Shown in pieces: positions 18,375 through 26,725 of a stretch of 61,439 nt of DNA (the stretch's first letter is position 1; each line of letters begins with the position of its first letter). The notes under the pieces are model-generated. The model saw only the letters and a list, made by a program, of their open reading frames with translations. It did not search any database and was not told the DNA's origin. Location: IMG/VR virus record IMGVR_UViG_3300043256_000338, positions 1 to 61,439 of that record; one strand, written 5' to 3'. The position numbers and the translations under genes are program-made. This DNA comes from a virus (taxonomy: Duplodnaviria > Caudoviricetes).

Positions 18375-18397
18375 TTTCGTAGTGACAATATTCGTCA

Positions 18398-19108
18398 CTA
18401 CGGGCAAGCAGAAGCAGCGCACCCCAATGCCACGCTCGAACCACACGCTGCCCACGGAACAGGGGGCTGAGGCCCCAGATCAAAGAGGTACGTCAGCAAG
18501 TAGATGGCGTCCGACACGTCCAGGGTGCCGTCGCCGTTGGAATCGCAGGCGTCAGCGCAGGGCTGGGGGCCAAAGAGGAGTGCCCAGTTCAACACGCCGA
18601 TAACATCCATGATGTTCACCACCCCTGACGGGACACAGTCGCCACGCACGTAGTCCGCGTGGATCTCCGTCACGCCGCCATCGACCCACAGCGTAGGAAT
18701 GACGACACCAATCCCATCCGAGACCAGATTGTCCACCGGTGGGCTTCCGAGAGCCTGGTCGCAGAACACAATCGCCCCGCCACCCTGGTAGGTCGCATTG
18801 ACCAGCACACCGCCGGCGTAGGGCGCGCCAGCGAGGTCCCAGACCGCGCCGTGAGTGAAGCCGTCCGGGAACAGGTTCACGTCCAGATAGAAGGCGGTGA
18901 GCACGTCAACGGGCGAGATAGCGGTGAGCAGCGTCAGACCAGGATCGTGGCAAACGCCAAAGCTCCAGCCGTAGACTGAGGCGCCAGCAGTATCCATGGT
19001 GAACGAGACCGCTGCGGTACCCCCGACGGGGATCGAGACGGCGTCGGCGGTGATCGTTTGGGCTCTGGCGCCAACGGCGAGCAACAGAAGGGCTAAGGCT
19101 ATCCTCAT
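18398..19108 (-). CDS. Secreted protein with cohesin-like beta domain and dockerin type I-like (paired EF-hand) C-terminus
   Basis: Signal peptide MRIALALLLLAVGARA|Q; VYGWSFGVCHD; VRGDCVPSGVVNIMDVI and CADACDSNGDGTLDVSDAIYLLTYLF. Confidence 0.8.
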   Translation of the reverse strand: MRIALALLLLAVGARAQTITADAVSIPVGGTAAVSFTMDTAGASVYGWSFGVCHDPGLTLLTAISPVDVLTAFYLDVNLFPDGFTHGAVWDLAGAPYAGGVLVNATYQGGGAIVFCDQALGSPPVDNLVSDGIGVVIPTLWVDGGVTEIHADYVRGDCVPSGVVNIMDVIGVLNWALLFGPQPCADACDSNGDGTLDVSDAIYLLTYLFDLGPQPPVPWAACGSSVALGCAASACP

Positions 19109-19147
19109 CGACTTCCTCCGGGGCATGGGGTTATCGTCGCGAAGATG

Positions 19148-19330
19148 TCAATCTAGCCGAGTCCGCCGACGGCGTCGCCTCTTTCTGAGTTTGGCGAACG
19201 ATCCGCAGTCGTAACCCACAGCCTTGCGGAACTCGGCGCGTGACCGGCGCTCGAACTTGTCCAGGAGCAGACAGAACCACACGAAGAACGCGAGCCACAG
19301 CGGGATCGCGAGCAGAAACCACGCGCTCAT
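19148..19330 (-). CDS. Small membrane protein with poly-Arg tail
   Basis: MSAWFLLAIPLWLAFFVWFCLLL...RKRRRRRRTRLD. Confidence 0.55.
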   Translation of the reverse strand: MSAWFLLAIPLWLAFFVWFCLLLDKFERRSRAEFRKAVGYDCGSFAKLRKRRRRRRTRLD

Positions 19331-19545
19331 GACGGTAGTCCCTTTTCCGCGGCCAGGGTCAACGCCTCGCGCACGGTGAAGCCACGGCCAAGGTCTAACG
19401 GAGAGTTGACGAAACTCGAGTGCAGTCGCCAACCCGGGCCGGTGCTCGACGGCCGAACGACGCAGGTCATCCCCACTCCAAGTTTCCCGTGCAGGGCTTC
19501 GAGGTAGTCGAGCAGTTCCGTGTCGGTGAATTGCTTCTTACACAT
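19327..19545 (-). CDS. Hypothetical phage protein
   Basis: DTELLDYLE...TVREAL pattern; coupled. Confidence 0.6.
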   Translation of the reverse strand: MCKKQFTDTELLDYLEALHGKLGVGMTCVVRPSSTGPGWRLHSSFVNSPLDLGRGFTVREALTLAAEKGLPS

Positions 19546-19876
19546 CGGCGTCGCCCCGTAGCTTCGCCATCAAGGCAGCATCGTTCTGCTCTAAATGCGA
19601 AGCCATGCCTTCGTCACCCTGGTAGTAGCACGCTATCCACTCATTCCGCTGCTCCCGGGCCAGCTCCAGGGTGGCAAGGAGGGCAGGGATGTCGGTGCGG
19701 GCGTGAGCGATGAAGTCTCCATCATCACACCCCACGTTGATGCACACGGCCTCCGGCTCGTCACCACCGTGATAGGCAACGAATCCCCCCGAAACACCAT
19801 GGCCGTCTACCCACGGTCCCGGTGTCGCCTTCTCCGCTCGTGCCTCGATCTCGTCTAGCGGGCTAACTGAGCTCAT
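19538..19876 (-). CDS. Ead/Ea22-like protein
   Basis: LDEIEARAEKATPGPW...DFIAHARTDIPALL. Confidence 0.75.
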   Translation of the reverse strand: MSSVSPLDEIEARAEKATPGPWVDGHGVSGGFVAYHGGDEPEAVCINVGCDDGDFIAHARTDIPALLATLELAREQRNEWIACYYQGDEGMASHLEQNDAALMAKLRGDADV

Positions 19877-19903
19877 CGTGAGTGCTCTCCTTTCTTGGGC
19901 GAC

Positions 19904-20125
19904 TCAGTCGACTGTCGCCTTCTTCACGAACACAGCTATGATCGTCTCGACGATACCAGGCACTGCAACCCCCGGCACGCTCACCGACATCATTTTCCAG
20001 CTCTCGAGCATATACCCTCGGTCCTCGTTGACATCGATCACAGACTCGAACGCCGCTGCCAGGTGCGTGCCGGCACGTTCGTTTGCAGGCCACGCCTTCG
20101 AAATCTCGGCGACAATTCGCCTCAT
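19904..20125 (-). CDS. Hypothetical protein
   Basis: GAGAGG RBS, protein-like. Confidence 0.55.
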   Translation of the reverse strand: MRRIVAEISKAWPANERAGTHLAAAFESVIDVNEDRGYMLESWKMMSVSVPGVAVPGIVETIIAVFVKKATVD

Positions 20126-20126
20126 G

Positions 20127-20675
20127 TCAACCTCTCGCCAGCTTGGTGGTGAACGTCTCGTCGTCCAGGATGATGGTCACCGACGCGCCGATGAGCTCCA
20201 TCTTGTTTCTGAAATCGAGGACTGCCTGTCGCTCGTCCGGAAGCATAAGTCGAAGCAGTCCCAGAACGGTCTCCCTGGCTGTGTTCATGTCGACGCTTTC
20301 CGCCATCACTCCTCGGTCCAGGAACTCCTTGGCGTCCGCTATCTCCCCTTGTCCAAGATCGAGTGCTTGGAACAAGCCCAGGGTTTCTTCCAGGCCAGCC
20401 ACCACGACCTCTTCGTAGGTAGCATGGAACCTGTGGGCCGACAGGATGCACAATCCATTGGCGGTGCAGACGATGAAGTCTCCCGGTTCGATCTCGCGAT
20501 GCGACTCTCCCTCCTGGAGAAGCATCACGTCGCCTTCCCAGCAGATGCACCCGATTTCTCCGGGGGGTTTGCCCCACGCAGCGTGAAGCCAGTCTGGCCA
20601 GTCGACATTCGATGACATCCGCTCGGGCGTCATCTGGAAGGCCTCGACTTCTACGAGCTTGGTTCGGTAAGTCAC
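20127..20675 (-). CDS. RKKPVVIEA-family domain fused to FLDRGVxAESVDM module
   Basis: YRTKLVEVEAFQ...PGDFIV...FHATYE then AKEFLDRGVMAESVDM; AAGGAG RBS. Confidence 0.7.
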   Translation of the reverse strand: MTYRTKLVEVEAFQMTPERMSSNVDWPDWLHAAWGKPPGEIGCICWEGDVMLLQEGESHREIEPGDFIVCTANGLCILSAHRFHATYEEVVVAGLEETLGLFQALDLGQGEIADAKEFLDRGVMAESVDMNTARETVLGLLRLMLPDERQAVLDFRNKMELIGASVTIILDDETFTTKLARG

Positions 20676-20686
20676 GACGTCTCCTT

Positions 20687-20899
20687 TTACTTGTCTCTCA
20701 TGGCCTCTAGCACTATGTCATGGATTTCCGATTTGAGCAGATCTCTAGCAGTGGTGGACGACCCGAACTCCTCATCGACAGCGGCGACCCACCCTTCCAA
20801 GGCTGCTTCCAGGGCACGGAGCAGGGCGGAGATAGTCATACCATAATAGTCCACTCCGATTTTCTCGATCTCCACCAACGTATTACTCAGCTCTGTCAT
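20687..20899 (-). CDS. Hypothetical protein (MTEL paralog 1)
   Basis: ATGA overlap with upstream gene. Confidence 0.55.
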   Translation of the reverse strand: MTELSNTLVEIEKIGVDYYGMTISALLRALEAALEGWVAAVDEEFGSSTTARDLLKSEIHDIVLEAMRDK

Positions 20900-21162
20900 C
20901 GAATCAACGAAGCCAGCGCTTCGGCATCGAGGGTGCCCTCTCTAGCAAACGCCTCCCGCTGGTGGAAAACCATCCGTCCATCGTCACGGTAGAACGAGCA
21001 GACCTCTTTACACAGCGCTTCCACCTGTCGCCCCCGCACCTCCGCGAGGCGAAGCAGGGCGAGTATCTCAGTCAGGTAGTCCGGTGGCTCCGTGACGAAC
21101 ATGGCGACTTCCCTACCCCAGCGGTTGACTTTCTCCGCCAACACGTCATTCAGCTCGGTCAT
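20896..21162 (-). CDS. Hypothetical protein (MTEL paralog 2)
   Basis: ATG 21162 after GGAGG. Confidence 0.6.
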   Translation of the reverse strand: MTELNDVLAEKVNRWGREVAMFVTEPPDYLTEILALLRLAEVRGRQVEALCKEVCSFYRDDGRMVFHQREAFAREGTLDAEALASLIR

Positions 21163-21773
21163 CGAATCCTCCGTACCGTGTAGTTGAGTCCGCGATCGCG
21201 AACCCGGCTGAGCGCGGACGCCATCCCTCCCGACCAGCCAAGATCGATGTAGAACACAATGCCCTCGGCGACGTCCTGCCATGAGTAGCCGGCGTCGATA
21301 CCCCGTTGTCGCTGCACGGGATCGTTCTCGTCCAGGACCAGCGGCAGAATTGCATGAGAGGCATAGGGCGACTCCCCGCGCGAGAGGGAATCGAGTAGAC
21401 ACTCATCGAGATAGGTCACTGCCTGAGCGTTCGTGTAGCCGTCCCCAACAGCGAACGGGGACTCGAGGACGACCGGCTTCGGGGTCAAGCGCGTGTCGCC
21501 TTGATCCAAGATGGAGCTGGGGATCTTCGTCAGAACGTCTTGGGGGACTCTCATGCGGTCATTCGAATGGACCCGGCGGTAGAAGTCGCGCTGGCCCGCA
21601 GAGACGCCGGGAGCGGCCGGCATCGAACCGCTGAGATCCCTCCGTGCCCACCGCTCGAGCGCTTCCGGGTCCAAGTCGACCCTCGCAATGATGCGATGCT
21701 TCCGCGAGATCACGAAGTAGCCAGCCGCGATGAGCTCCTCGACCGACTGGCCGTCATACTGAGTCTCGGTCAT
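21159..21773 (-). CDS. Protein with C-terminal DUF7768-like (nucleoside deoxyribosyltransferase-like fold) domain
   Basis: VVLESPFA..CLLDSLSRGESPYASH..LDE..RQRGIDAG..FYIDLGWSGGM. Confidence 0.7.
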   Translation of the reverse strand: MTETQYDGQSVEELIAAGYFVISRKHRIIARVDLDPEALERWARRDLSGSMPAAPGVSAGQRDFYRRVHSNDRMRVPQDVLTKIPSSILDQGDTRLTPKPVVLESPFAVGDGYTNAQAVTYLDECLLDSLSRGESPYASHAILPLVLDENDPVQRQRGIDAGYSWQDVAEGIVFYIDLGWSGGMASALSRVRDRGLNYTVRRIR

Positions 21774-22021
21774 CTCTTCCTCGCCATCACATTCTCTCGG
21801 GCTGCACGGTACGCCGCTCTCAGCGCCTGAATGTGGACTGCGAACCACCGACCACCCTTCACCGATCGACAGATCTGCGCGCCAGTACGAGTCGCTCTCT
21901 TACCACGCGATTCGTCTAGGCGTCCAAGCTCGACAGCGCGAAGTAGCGCCGTCCCTAAATCTTCGTCATCTCTGAGGTCCAGGCCTTTTCGGTTTGCGAA
22001 GGGAGCCAGCGAGGTTCTCAT
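21770..22021 (-). CDS. Hypothetical protein
   Basis: Coupled overlaps on both sides. Confidence 0.5.
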   Translation of the reverse strand: MRTSLAPFANRKGLDLRDDEDLGTALLRAVELGRLDESRGKRATRTGAQICRSVKGGRWFAVHIQALRAAYRAARENVMARKR

Positions 22022-22154
22022 TCTTCCTCCTCTTCGTCACGATCACCAAGCAACTCATCGGCAAACGACATATCCTCGAGCACGGCCCGCTCGCAGTCGG
22101 CACAGATCCCTCCACTGACAAGTGGGGCACTGCAAATAAAACAGACGTAGGGGC

Positions 22155-22490
22155 TCATTTGGCGCTCGCGTAACCGAGCAGGTGCCCGACAGAGAGCCAC
22201 TTCTTCGCAGAGAACAGCACACGTGGATGGTCAGCGCACATCCGTGCGAAGTCCTCGGCAGCCCACCCGAGCACCTCTTCCGGAATCTCGGTCTTGGCGG
22301 AGAGCGTGTGCGTCCAGACATCCCGTCCATCCGCACCCTTGTCGATCATGTCCAGGAGGTTCCCAAGAATGGACAACCGGACACCAGTGGTGACGTAGTC
22401 GTTAGCAGTATAGTTGGTGTCAAGGTTGGCGACTGCGACAGTGATGGCAATGCGGAGCGCGTTGGCAGCTCTCCAGCGGTCGATAGCCAT
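22155..22490 (-). CDS. Hypothetical protein
   Basis: ATG 22490 after GAAGGGA. Confidence 0.6.
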   Translation of the reverse strand: MAIDRWRAANALRIAITVAVANLDTNYTANDYVTTGVRLSILGNLLDMIDKGADGRDVWTHTLSAKTEIPEEVLGWAAEDFARMCADHPRVLFSAKKWLSVGHLLGYASAK

Positions 22491-22572
22491 GATTGGTTCC
22501 CTTCCCAGGCCGCACACCTCCGCGACCCACCAGAGACTACCATGCTCCGACGGGTGCGACCAGTCAGGGCAG

Positions 22573-22607
22573 AAAAAAGCCGGCCAGGTAGTGCCTCCCC
22601 GGCCGGC
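22573..22607 (-). terminator. Intrinsic terminator
   Basis: GCCGGCCGG...CTGGCCGGC stem followed by TTTTTT. Confidence 0.75.
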
Positions 22608-22609
22608 AG

Positions 22610-22890
22610 AAGGAAGTTGAGTTGCCCCTCGGCCGGGGTCAACCGGCGCGTTTTACGGGCGGGCCGCCCGGGTCAATGCTCACCAGAGTTAGCGCTTCGG
22701 CTATTACCGGGCGCCTCAATCACGTGGAATCGAACCCCGCTCCCTTCGCACTAGCCCTCGACCAACGAGCCGGAATTGCACCGGCATTATCTTGAAAGAC
22801 CGGCAACAGCACGGCGAATGCCCGGCCCCTACCACTGCCGCCCCGGGGCATCGAGGCTCTCCAGCAACGGATTGCCACGCCGGCTTCCTC
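22610..22890 (-). ncRNA. Candidate structured RNA with T-loop-like hairpins
   Basis: GCCGG-TGCAATT-CCGGC, GGGG-TTCGATT-CC and GCCGG-TTGACC-CCGGC upstream of a terminator; no convincing protein. Confidence 0.3.
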
Positions 22891-22892
22891 CT

Positions 22893-23129
22893 CTAGTCGT
22901 AGTTGAACTTCCAACGCATCGTACCGGTCATCTCGTCGATCTCGCGAGAGAGCCCCCCACGGACAGCGCGGAGGTCTGCCAGCGTGAGCTCGATCATGGC
23001 GCCCTCGCCACCGTATTTCCGGACGATCGCCGCAAGTACCTTCAGGTGATCGATCTGAGCTTGCCCACGAAGCCGGCGACGGCCCGTCCCATCATCACGA
23101 CCCGGCGGGCCGACAGGCTCATGGACCAT
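22893..23129 (-). CDS. Hypothetical protein
   Basis: Protein-like, coupled. Confidence 0.55.
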   Translation of the reverse strand: MVHEPVGPPGRDDGTGRRRLRGQAQIDHLKVLAAIVRKYGGEGAMIELTLADLRAVRGGLSREIDEMTGTMRWKFNYD

Positions 23130-23493
23130 CGTAATCGAGGATCTTGATGAAAGATGTCAGGATGTTGACCAGCCAGGCGTCTGCTATTGCCTCAACCTCG
23201 GGACGCGGGTCGATCTGCGCACACGCGTGACGGCAGCGAGCTAGCGCATCGCCAAGCCTTTCTGTGGCGTAGTCGTTGAGTTTTCTCTCTACCATCCCCT
23301 CGAAGAGAACCTGCTCGAGGTGGGCCAGTCTATCGAGTAAAAGCTGGCTGACCGCAGCCTCTCTTAGTTCATTCTGGTCGTGGAGAACTAGTAGTGACTC
23401 AGCTTTGGCACGATTGCGAAATATCCTCATGTTCTCTTTGTGGGTAGCAATCGCATTCTTGATGTACTGGTGCGCTTTGTTTCGGTCGCTCAT
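23119..23493 (-). CDS. Hypothetical helical protein
   Basis: ATG 23493 after GAGGA. Confidence 0.65.
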   Translation of the reverse strand: MSDRNKAHQYIKNAIATHKENMRIFRNRAKAESLLVLHDQNELREAAVSQLLLDRLAHLEQVLFEGMVERKLNDYATERLGDALARCRHACAQIDPRPEVEAIADAWLVNILTSFIKILDYDGP

Positions 23494-23675
23494 TCCTCTT
23501 CTCCTTCCACCGGAGGGACAACCCACCCATCAGCTCGCAGCCAGGCAATGGCCTTGTTCTGCGCCGCGAGCATGGTCAGCGACGAATCTTGGCGCTGCAG
23601 TTCAGTTCGACGCGAGATGATTCGACGTCGGATAGGGCCGTTGATATCGCGTAGGGTCATGGCGGTCTCCTTCAT
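23490..23675 (-). CDS. Hypothetical protein
   Basis: AGGAGGAGG RBS after promoter cassette B. Confidence 0.6.
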   Translation of the reverse strand: MKETAMTLRDINGPIRRRIISRRTELQRQDSSLTMLAAQNKAIAWLRADGWVVPPVEGEEE

Positions 23676-23691
23676 AGCTTCCTCCTCCTGC

Positions 23692-23739
23692 TGCTCGACA
23701 CACTCAAGAGTACGATACTCCGACGGTTGCGACCACTAG
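23692..23739 (-). promoter_or_regulatory. Repeated promoter/operator cassette, copy B
   Basis: Closely similar to 18325..18374; TGGTCG-N17-TACTCT; operator 23716..23735. Confidence 0.65.
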
Positions 23740-24038
23740 AAAGGGGCGCCATCGTCCTTCCAGCGGTCACAACCATCAGGTCTTACATGCTTTGGAACAT
23801 CGTCATCCCAGGAGACACAGAACCCAGAAGCAAAGTAGTCACAGCATTGGCAGGCTCGCGACGCCTCCGAGGCGTCCATCGCCCCTTGGAGCGCCAGCAG
23901 GATCCCGGTAGCGGCGGCCTTCGGGTAGGCGGCCTCCAGGGCCGCCCGGGCGCCCCGTAGCACGAGATCGCGCTGCCCGGGGGTCATCCTGGGGGGCTCG
24001 CCCGGCGCCTGCCCCAGGAACCCCTCGAGCGTCGTCAT
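23736..24038 (-). CDS. Small Cys-cluster protein with acidic DDGAPF tail
   Basis: CQCCDYF..FC..W..VP..GC..W; ATG 24038. Confidence 0.6.
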   Translation of the reverse strand: MTTLEGFLGQAPGEPPRMTPGQRDLVLRGARAALEAAYPKAAATGILLALQGAMDASEASRACQCCDYFASGFCVSWDDDVPKHVRPDGCDRWKDDGAPF

Positions 24039-24712
24039 TCCTCTTCTGCCGGCTCGGGTGGCTCGGGCGGACACAAATTCTCCGGAATCGGCATCGGATC
24101 CCCGCAGTCGTGGCAGCACAGGCCTCCGCTGACCTCTTCCGGGTCGTCCTCCGCTTCGGAGTCCTCGGTGGCGGTCACAACCTTCCCGGTATTGAGAAGC
24201 CCCTGTACGACAGCGTCGCGCGCCTCTTTGGCGGCCGCGCTTAGAGGATCGGGCGACTCCGGGCCTTCCTGGGCAACAACGGGAAGGTGGTCCCCATCGT
24301 GCTGGCAGCAGGCAGCACAGCGAGCGTCCTCGCGCATCCCCTTCTCCAGCGGAGCCCCGACACAGGTCGCCATAGCGCCGCAGCTATGGCAGATCGGTGG
24401 GTCCGGCCAAGACAGCTTCACCCGGAGCGAGCCATCGTCCTTGATTCCGCGAGCAGAGAGCCTCGACCCCAGAAGCTCCTTCATCTCCGCAACCGAGACG
24501 ACCGTCTCGTTGCCGAGCTTCAAGACCACGGCCGACAGGATCAGCTGCTGAGACTGCATCTCTGATCGGAGCTTGCAGTTGAGCGCGTTGACCCTACCAA
24601 GGACGGCCGACGTTTGGTTCAGTTCCTTCATCATGCCCTGATGCTGCTTGGTGATGGCTACGATCAGATCCCGTAGTTCGCGCTTGCTCTTCGTTCTCAG
24701 GTTGATTTGCAT
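24035..24712 (-). CDS. Hypothetical coiled-coil and CxxC protein
   Basis: MQINLRTKSKRELRDL...; CHSC, CAAC; start uncertain. Confidence 0.6.
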   Translation of the reverse strand: MQINLRTKSKRELRDLIVAITKQHQGMMKELNQTSAVLGRVNALNCKLRSEMQSQQLILSAVVLKLGNETVVSVAEMKELLGSRLSARGIKDDGSLRVKLSWPDPPICHSCGAMATCVGAPLEKGMREDARCAACCQHDGDHLPVVAQEGPESPDPLSAAAKEARDAVVQGLLNTGKVVTATEDSEAEDDPEEVSGGLCCHDCGDPMPIPENLCPPEPPEPAEEE

Positions 24713-26366
24713 CGGATTCAACCCGTTCTCTCTTGAAGATGGCGTCGACGACTCGGTCATACTTCCCGTCCTTCTGAATGATGATCTGCGTTGGTACCAA
24801 GAGCTCTGAGATTCGGTCCAGCGCTTCGGACACGCTGTCCGGGACTGGCAAGCCACCACGGAGTTTCCACCAGTCGTGAGCCTTCCTGAGAGCGAACCCC
24901 GTGTGCTCAAAACAAACCCAGTCATTGACTTGCTGCATGCCGCACCGGTATGACACACGCATCGAGTCTATTTTCCCTTTCTTTGAATGCCTCGAGAAGG
25001 AAACGGTTGAGCAATCGACCGTGTACTTCGGATTATCATGCACCGTGAAATCTACTGGAGCAAGCCCGTCGGCGTAGTTGGTGTTCTTCGACTCAGGGGA
25101 CTCCCGATGGAAAACGTGGCCACAGCCAGGGCATTTCACGGCCCCGAGCGAAACGATGAGCGAGCAGTCGGGGCATGCCTTTACCGGGGCCTCGCCATCG
25201 CCCTTCGCCCCGCTGTCCGTGATCTTGATGTCATTGATCGGGCCGTGCCGGAAAACGTTCTCTCCGTAGTCGAGAACCAAGCAGTTTTCCTTGCCCGGGA
25301 ACGTCCGCATTCCGCGGCCCATGATCTGCACGTAGAGCGAGGTCGACTGCGTCGGGCGCATCACAGCGAGCAGGTCGCAGCGCTGCCAGTTGAACCCGGT
25401 GGTCAGCACGCCGACGTTTACCAAACAGGTAAGGTCGCCCGCTTTCGCGTCACGGATGATCCTGCGCCGATCTTCCTTCGGTGTGGAACCGATAACCATC
25501 TCTGCGCTGATACCGGCCGCCCGAACCTGCTCGAGGATCTTGTTGGCGTGAGCGATCCCACACGCGAACACGAGCCAATGTTTCCGCTCTTCCTGGGTCG
25601 CCATCCGGATCATCTCGTTCACCGCACACCGGACGTTGTCGCCGGCGATCGCCGCGGCCTCGAGCTCACCTGGCTTGTAGTCGCCACGGGAGGATCCGAC
25701 CCCGGACGTGTCGATCGTCTCCTTGGGCAGTTTGGCGATCAGCGAGGCAAGGTAGTTGTCGTCGATCAGTTTCTTGAGGGACACGTCGTAGGCGATGTCC
25801 GTGAAGATACGCCCTTCACCCTTGTGTAGAAGACCACCCTCGAGTCGAAACGGCGTCGCCGTGTACCCGAGGATCTTCAGCTTCGGGTTCCGCTCCTTCA
25901 GCCAGGCGAGATAGCTCCGGTACCTACCCTCGCCAGACTTCGGGAGCATGTGGCACTCATCGATCAGGACCAGGTCGAAGTCCCCGAGCGCCTCCGCGGT
26001 CCGTGTGTCCGCTTCCTTGTCATCCTTTTCGAGCCTTGGCCAGACCGACTGGATCCCAGCGAAGATCACCGACGAATCAGTGTCGCGGCGCCCGATCCCG
26101 GCGGAGTAAATCCCAATCGGCGCGAGCAAGCCCCACTGGCCGACGAACTCGTTGTAGTTCTGTTCGATCAGCTCCTTGACGTGAGTCAGGATGACCACCC
26201 GCTGACAGGGCCACTGCTCGATCGTTCGGCGGACGAATTCCGCGATGATCAGCGACTTCCCACCTCCGGTCGGCACCACGAATAGCGGATTGCCAATCCG
26301 GAGCTGAAAATAGTTGAAGTGCGCCTTGATGCACGCTTCCTGATAATCACGAGGTACTAGGCCCAA
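24594..26366 (-). CDS. SF2 DEAD/DEAH helicase (RadD/YejH-like) with zinc ribbon
   Basis: PRDYQ, PTGGGKS, DECH, TATP, QIMGRGMR, CPDC..CPGC. Confidence 0.93.
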   Translation of the reverse strand: MGLVPRDYQEACIKAHFNYFQLRIGNPLFVVPTGGGKSLIIAEFVRRTIEQWPCQRVVILTHVKELIEQNYNEFVGQWGLLAPIGIYSAGIGRRDTDSSVIFAGIQSVWPRLEKDDKEADTRTAEALGDFDLVLIDECHMLPKSGEGRYRSYLAWLKERNPKLKILGYTATPFRLEGGLLHKGEGRIFTDIAYDVSLKKLIDDNYLASLIAKLPKETIDTSGVGSSRGDYKPGELEAAAIAGDNVRCAVNEMIRMATQEERKHWLVFACGIAHANKILEQVRAAGISAEMVIGSTPKEDRRRIIRDAKAGDLTCLVNVGVLTTGFNWQRCDLLAVMRPTQSTSLYVQIMGRGMRTFPGKENCLVLDYGENVFRHGPINDIKITDSGAKGDGEAPVKACPDCSLIVSLGAVKCPGCGHVFHRESPESKNTNYADGLAPVDFTVHDNPKYTVDCSTVSFSRHSKKGKIDSMRVSYRCGMQQVNDWVCFEHTGFALRKAHDWWKLRGGLPVPDSVSEALDRISELLVPTQIIIQKDGKYDRVVDAIFKRERVESDANQPENEEQARTTGSDRSHHQAASGHDEGTEPNVGRPW

Positions 26367-26724
26367 CGGGCAAGTCCTTTCCTTCGGCTGCCCCCGTTGT
26401 CCTCGACTCGTAGTAGTCGCGAACAATCGAAATCACGACCTCTTGCGCTTCCTTGTCGTCGGCCAGATACTCCGCGAGTGACGGAGAATCGACCGTCACA
26501 CCAGAGAACTCATGCTCCTCCACCTCGGGGAACGCCCGACGTAGAACCTGAGCCACCATCCGTTGGAGCATGGTCTTGGTAGAGCCGTAGTCGTCGCCGA
26601 CCCCGCGACTCTGCCAGACGCGCTCACCCGGAGGAAGATAGCGTACCACCACCCGATCCCCTCCGAACATCTCATCCTTCTTGGGGCTCTTCGCGGAGCT
26701 CGAGATCTTGACCTCAATCATCAC
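26347..26724 (-). CDS. Hypothetical protein
   Basis: Fills gap between helicases; GAGG RBS. Confidence 0.6.
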   Translation of the reverse strand: MMIEVKISSSAKSPKKDEMFGGDRVVVRYLPPGERVWQSRGVGDDYGSTKTMLQRMVAQVLRRAFPEVEEHEFSGVTVDSPSLAEYLADDKEAQEVVISIVRDYYESRTTGAAEGKDLPVGPSTS

Positions 26725-26725
26725 C

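Noticed and set aside
22716-22745. tRNA gene or second parS at TCACGTGGAATCGAACCCC
   Set aside because: No acceptor/D/anticodon arms could be built; only about 11 of 16 parS positions match
22765-22790. Cobalamin riboswitch from CCGGTGCAATTCCGG
   Set aside because: Flanking AGGGAA, GCCCCCGCAACTGT and B12-box elements are absent
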